DNA of 64,000 nt from an uncultured Alphaproteobacteria bacterium (GTDB taxonomy: Bacteria; Pseudomonadota; Alphaproteobacteria; Sphingomonadales; Sphingomonadaceae), in contig CAVYJV010000001.1 of assembly GCA_963768955.1 (NCBI GenBank), forward strand, positions 97,340 to 161,339, read 5' to 3'. The translations under genes and the position numbers were made by a program. Below are positions 61,899-64,000 of this stretch, piece by piece. Numbering within the stretch: position 1 is the first letter of the stretch; the number at the start of each line of letters is the position of its first letter. The notes under the pieces were generated by a model, which made no database searches, was not told the origin of the DNA, and saw only the letters and a list, made by a program, of their open reading frames with translations.

Positions 61899-62398
61899 TT
61901 GCGAATACTTTCCAAGGCGCGGTTTTCGGCGCGGATTCTCACGGTCAGGATCATGGCGTTGAGCAGAGTGAACAGCAATGCGATCTGCCAGAGGCCGAAC
62001 ACCAAAGGCAGGATCAGCAGTTCCGCCACGACGACCAGGTAGTTCGGGTGGCTGACGAAGCGATAGGGGCCGCGCGCGACCAGGCGCTCGCCAGGAACGA
62101 CGATGATCCGCGTCGTCCAACGGGGGCCGAGCGTCCGGAGCACCCAGATGCGGGCGAGTTCGACCAGGCCGAACAGGATCAGCAGGGCGATGTGGATCGG
62201 TTGACCCAGCGCGAACACCCAAAGGCAAACGAGCCAGGCGGCATGGAGCGCGACGATATAGGGATAATGGCCCGGCGCGACCTCGCGGCCCCCCGCTGCC
62301 AGCAGGCGGGCCGTGTTGGCACGGGCGATGGGCAGTTCGATCAGCCGCTGGGCGGTGACGAAGCCGAGGATCGCGATGTGCGGCCAGAGCGGGGTCAT
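61895..62398 (-). CDS. Isoprenylcysteine carboxyl methyltransferase family (BpsB/SrsB-like)
   Basis: QRLIEL, HYPYIVALH, LGPRWTTRI, GPYRFVSHPNY and RIRAENRAL. Confidence 0.92.
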   Translation of the reverse strand: MTPLWPHIAILGFVTAQRLIELPIARANTARLLAAGGREVAPGHYPYIVALHAAWLVCLWVFALGQPIHIALLILFGLVELARIWVLRTLGPRWTTRIIVVPGERLVARGPYRFVSHPNYLVVVAELLILPLVFGLWQIALLFTLLNAMILTVRIRAENRALESIRK

Positions 62399-63438
62399 GC
62401 CTCCAGCACCATGCCCGCGCAGGTAAAGCCGGGGCCGAACGCGGTCATCATCACGCGTTCGGGGAGTCCGCGAGCGATGAGGGCGTCGAGCACGAACAGC
62501 ACCGTCGGGGCGCTCATATTGCCCTGGTCGCGGAGCACCTGGCGTTCGAGGTCGAGCGTGCCGGCGGGAAGGGCGAGCGCGGTCTCGATCGCGTCGACCA
62601 CCTTGGTCCCGCCGGGGTGGCAGCAGAAGCGGGCGATGTCGGCGCGGGTCAGGTCCAGTTCGGCGAGGATATCGTCGATCGCTTGCTGCAGCTCGGCCTC
62701 GACGAACGGCGGGATGGCGCGGTCGAAGATCACCGCGAGTCCGGGATCCTCGACCCGCCAGCCCATGATGCCGAGCGTATCGGGCCATAATTTCTCGCCC
62801 GCGCCGCGAATGGTGGCCAAGCCCTGGCCTTCGGTCGAGATCACCGCCGCCGCCGCGCCATCGCCGAACAAGGCGGTGGCGACGATCGCCGCGGGGTCGT
62901 CGCTGTCGAGACGGATCGAGATCGAGCAGGTCTCGACGGTGACGAACAGCCAGTTGCTGCCCGGCTCGGCCGCGGCCAGCCGCGCGGCGGTGGCGAGCCC
63001 GGTCACCCCGCCCGCGCAGCCGAGGCCGAAGACCGGCACGCGGGCGATATCGGGTCGGAAGCCGAGCCGCGGGGCGACGCGGGCATCGATGCTGGGGGTG
63101 GAAATGCCGGTGGTCGAGACGAACACGATGCCGTCGATTGCGTCCGGGGCCAGTCCGGCGTTGGCCAGCGCCTTCACCGCCGCATCCTCGAACATCGCCT
63201 CGGTCGCGGCGACGTACAGCTCGGTCCGCTCCTGCCAGCCGTGGGGCGCGCGATACCAGTCGATCGGCGCGACGGTCGAGCGGCGGTCGATCAGCGCATT
63301 GTCGAACACGCCCGACAGTCGGTCGAATAGCGCGGCCCGGCCCTGGAACATTGCGCGCGCGGCGGATTTCGCGTCAGACTGGGTTACCACATAGGGCGGC
63401 ACCGCCGTCGCGATCGAGAGGATTCGGGGATATGTCAG
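62395..63438 (-). CDS. Type III polyketide synthase; start uncertain (CTG at 63438 or TTG at 63471)
   Basis: Catalytic triad GLGCAGG (Cys), CHPGG (His) and GNMSAPT (Asn), plus ALFGDGA and AFGPGF. Confidence 0.95.
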   Translation of the reverse strand: MTYPRILSIATAVPPYVVTQSDAKSAARAMFQGRAALFDRLSGVFDNALIDRRSTVAPIDWYRAPHGWQERTELYVAATEAMFEDAAVKALANAGLAPDAIDGIVFVSTTGISTPSIDARVAPRLGFRPDIARVPVFGLGCAGGVTGLATAARLAAAEPGSNWLFVTVETCSISIRLDSDDPAAIVATALFGDGAAAAVISTEGQGLATIRGAGEKLWPDTLGIMGWRVEDPGLAVIFDRAIPPFVEAELQQAIDDILAELDLTRADIARFCCHPGGTKVVDAIETALALPAGTLDLERQVLRDQGNMSAPTVLFVLDALIARGLPERVMMTAFGPGFTCAGMVLEA

Positions 63439-63489
63439 GCGAAAACTTCCTGGAGTTGGACGGCAAGACACAAACGAGCGCGACCGGCC

Positions 63490-64000
63490 ATCGGACGCAT
63501 CGCCGTTTTTGGCAAGCCGCGCTGCTGCTCCTCCCCGCGACCGCCGCCTGCGGGACCGCGGCGACCAGCAATGCCCAGACCGCCGCGCCGCCCTTCACCG
63601 TCAAGGAAGTAGCGACATTCTCGACCCCCTGGGCGATCGATTTCCTGCCCGGTAGCGGGGTGCCGCTGACGAAAATGGCGCTGGTCAGTGAGAAGGAAGG
63701 CAAGCTGTGGCTGGTCGACACCGCGACCGGGCAGAAGCAGGCGGTGGCGGGGGTTCCAGCGGCCAATGTCGCGGGGCAGGGCGGGCTCGGCGATGTCGTG
63801 GTCCATCCCAATTTCGCCGCCAACCAGCGGGTCTACCTGAGCTTCGTCGAGAAGGGCGAGGGCGGCAACGGCGCGGTGCTCGGATACGGGCGGCTGGTGC
63901 TGGGCGGTCCGCCGCGGATCGAGGGGTTCAAGATCATCTGGCGGCAGGCCCCCAAGGTGTCGGGCAACGGCCACTTCGCGCACCGCATCGCTTTCGGGCC
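63490..64000 (+). CDS. PQQ-dependent sugar dehydrogenase (YliI/GSDH family), 3'-truncated; start approximate
   Basis: Translated by hand: FSTPWAIDFLPG, GQGGLGDVVVHPNFAANQRVYLSF and GHFAHRIAFG. Confidence 0.88.

Overview
High-GC alphaproteobacterial chromosomal segment. Gene content (prsK/prsR, a PEPxxWA-CTERM protein, an SWFGD protein, CtrA and EcfG sites) points to a sphingomonad. Many genes, including essential ones (infB, nusA, rpsO), are split by single-base indels. I read these as sequencing or consensus errors, so several coordinates below are reconstructed across frames. Order: cysD-cysNC, xth and DUF72 ending at tRNA-Glu(CTC); housekeeping genes (wecB, a phosphoesterase, hrpB, gnd, a polyprenyl synthase, a PepSY/RR/HK trio, ABC-F, DedA); a PEP-CTERM gene, DUF885 and prsRK; several enzymes; tRNA-Ala(CGC) followed by a ~10 kb copper cluster; an L,D-transpeptidase; a trpD-trpCF-trpB-trpA operon; a patatin plus acid phosphatase pair; the rimP-nusA-infB-rbfA-truB-rpsO-pnp region; a type III PKS plus methyltransferase; and a partial PQQ dehydrogenase. 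Most interesting: (1) the trp operon is enterobacterial-type, lacks trpEG and has a WW-leader attenuator directly ahead of trpD; (2) two 30-bp palindromic repeats bracket a gene-sized cassette-like slot at 60.8-61.3 kb; (3) the copper cluster has a CutF/CopL-like leader, a Cys/Met/His-rich miniprotein and a CxPEHxxxGHC motif shared by two different proteins; (4) a palindromic repeat sits inside the ABC-F coding region and again after pnp. No CRISPR array, integrase or transposase was seen. No database searches were run.
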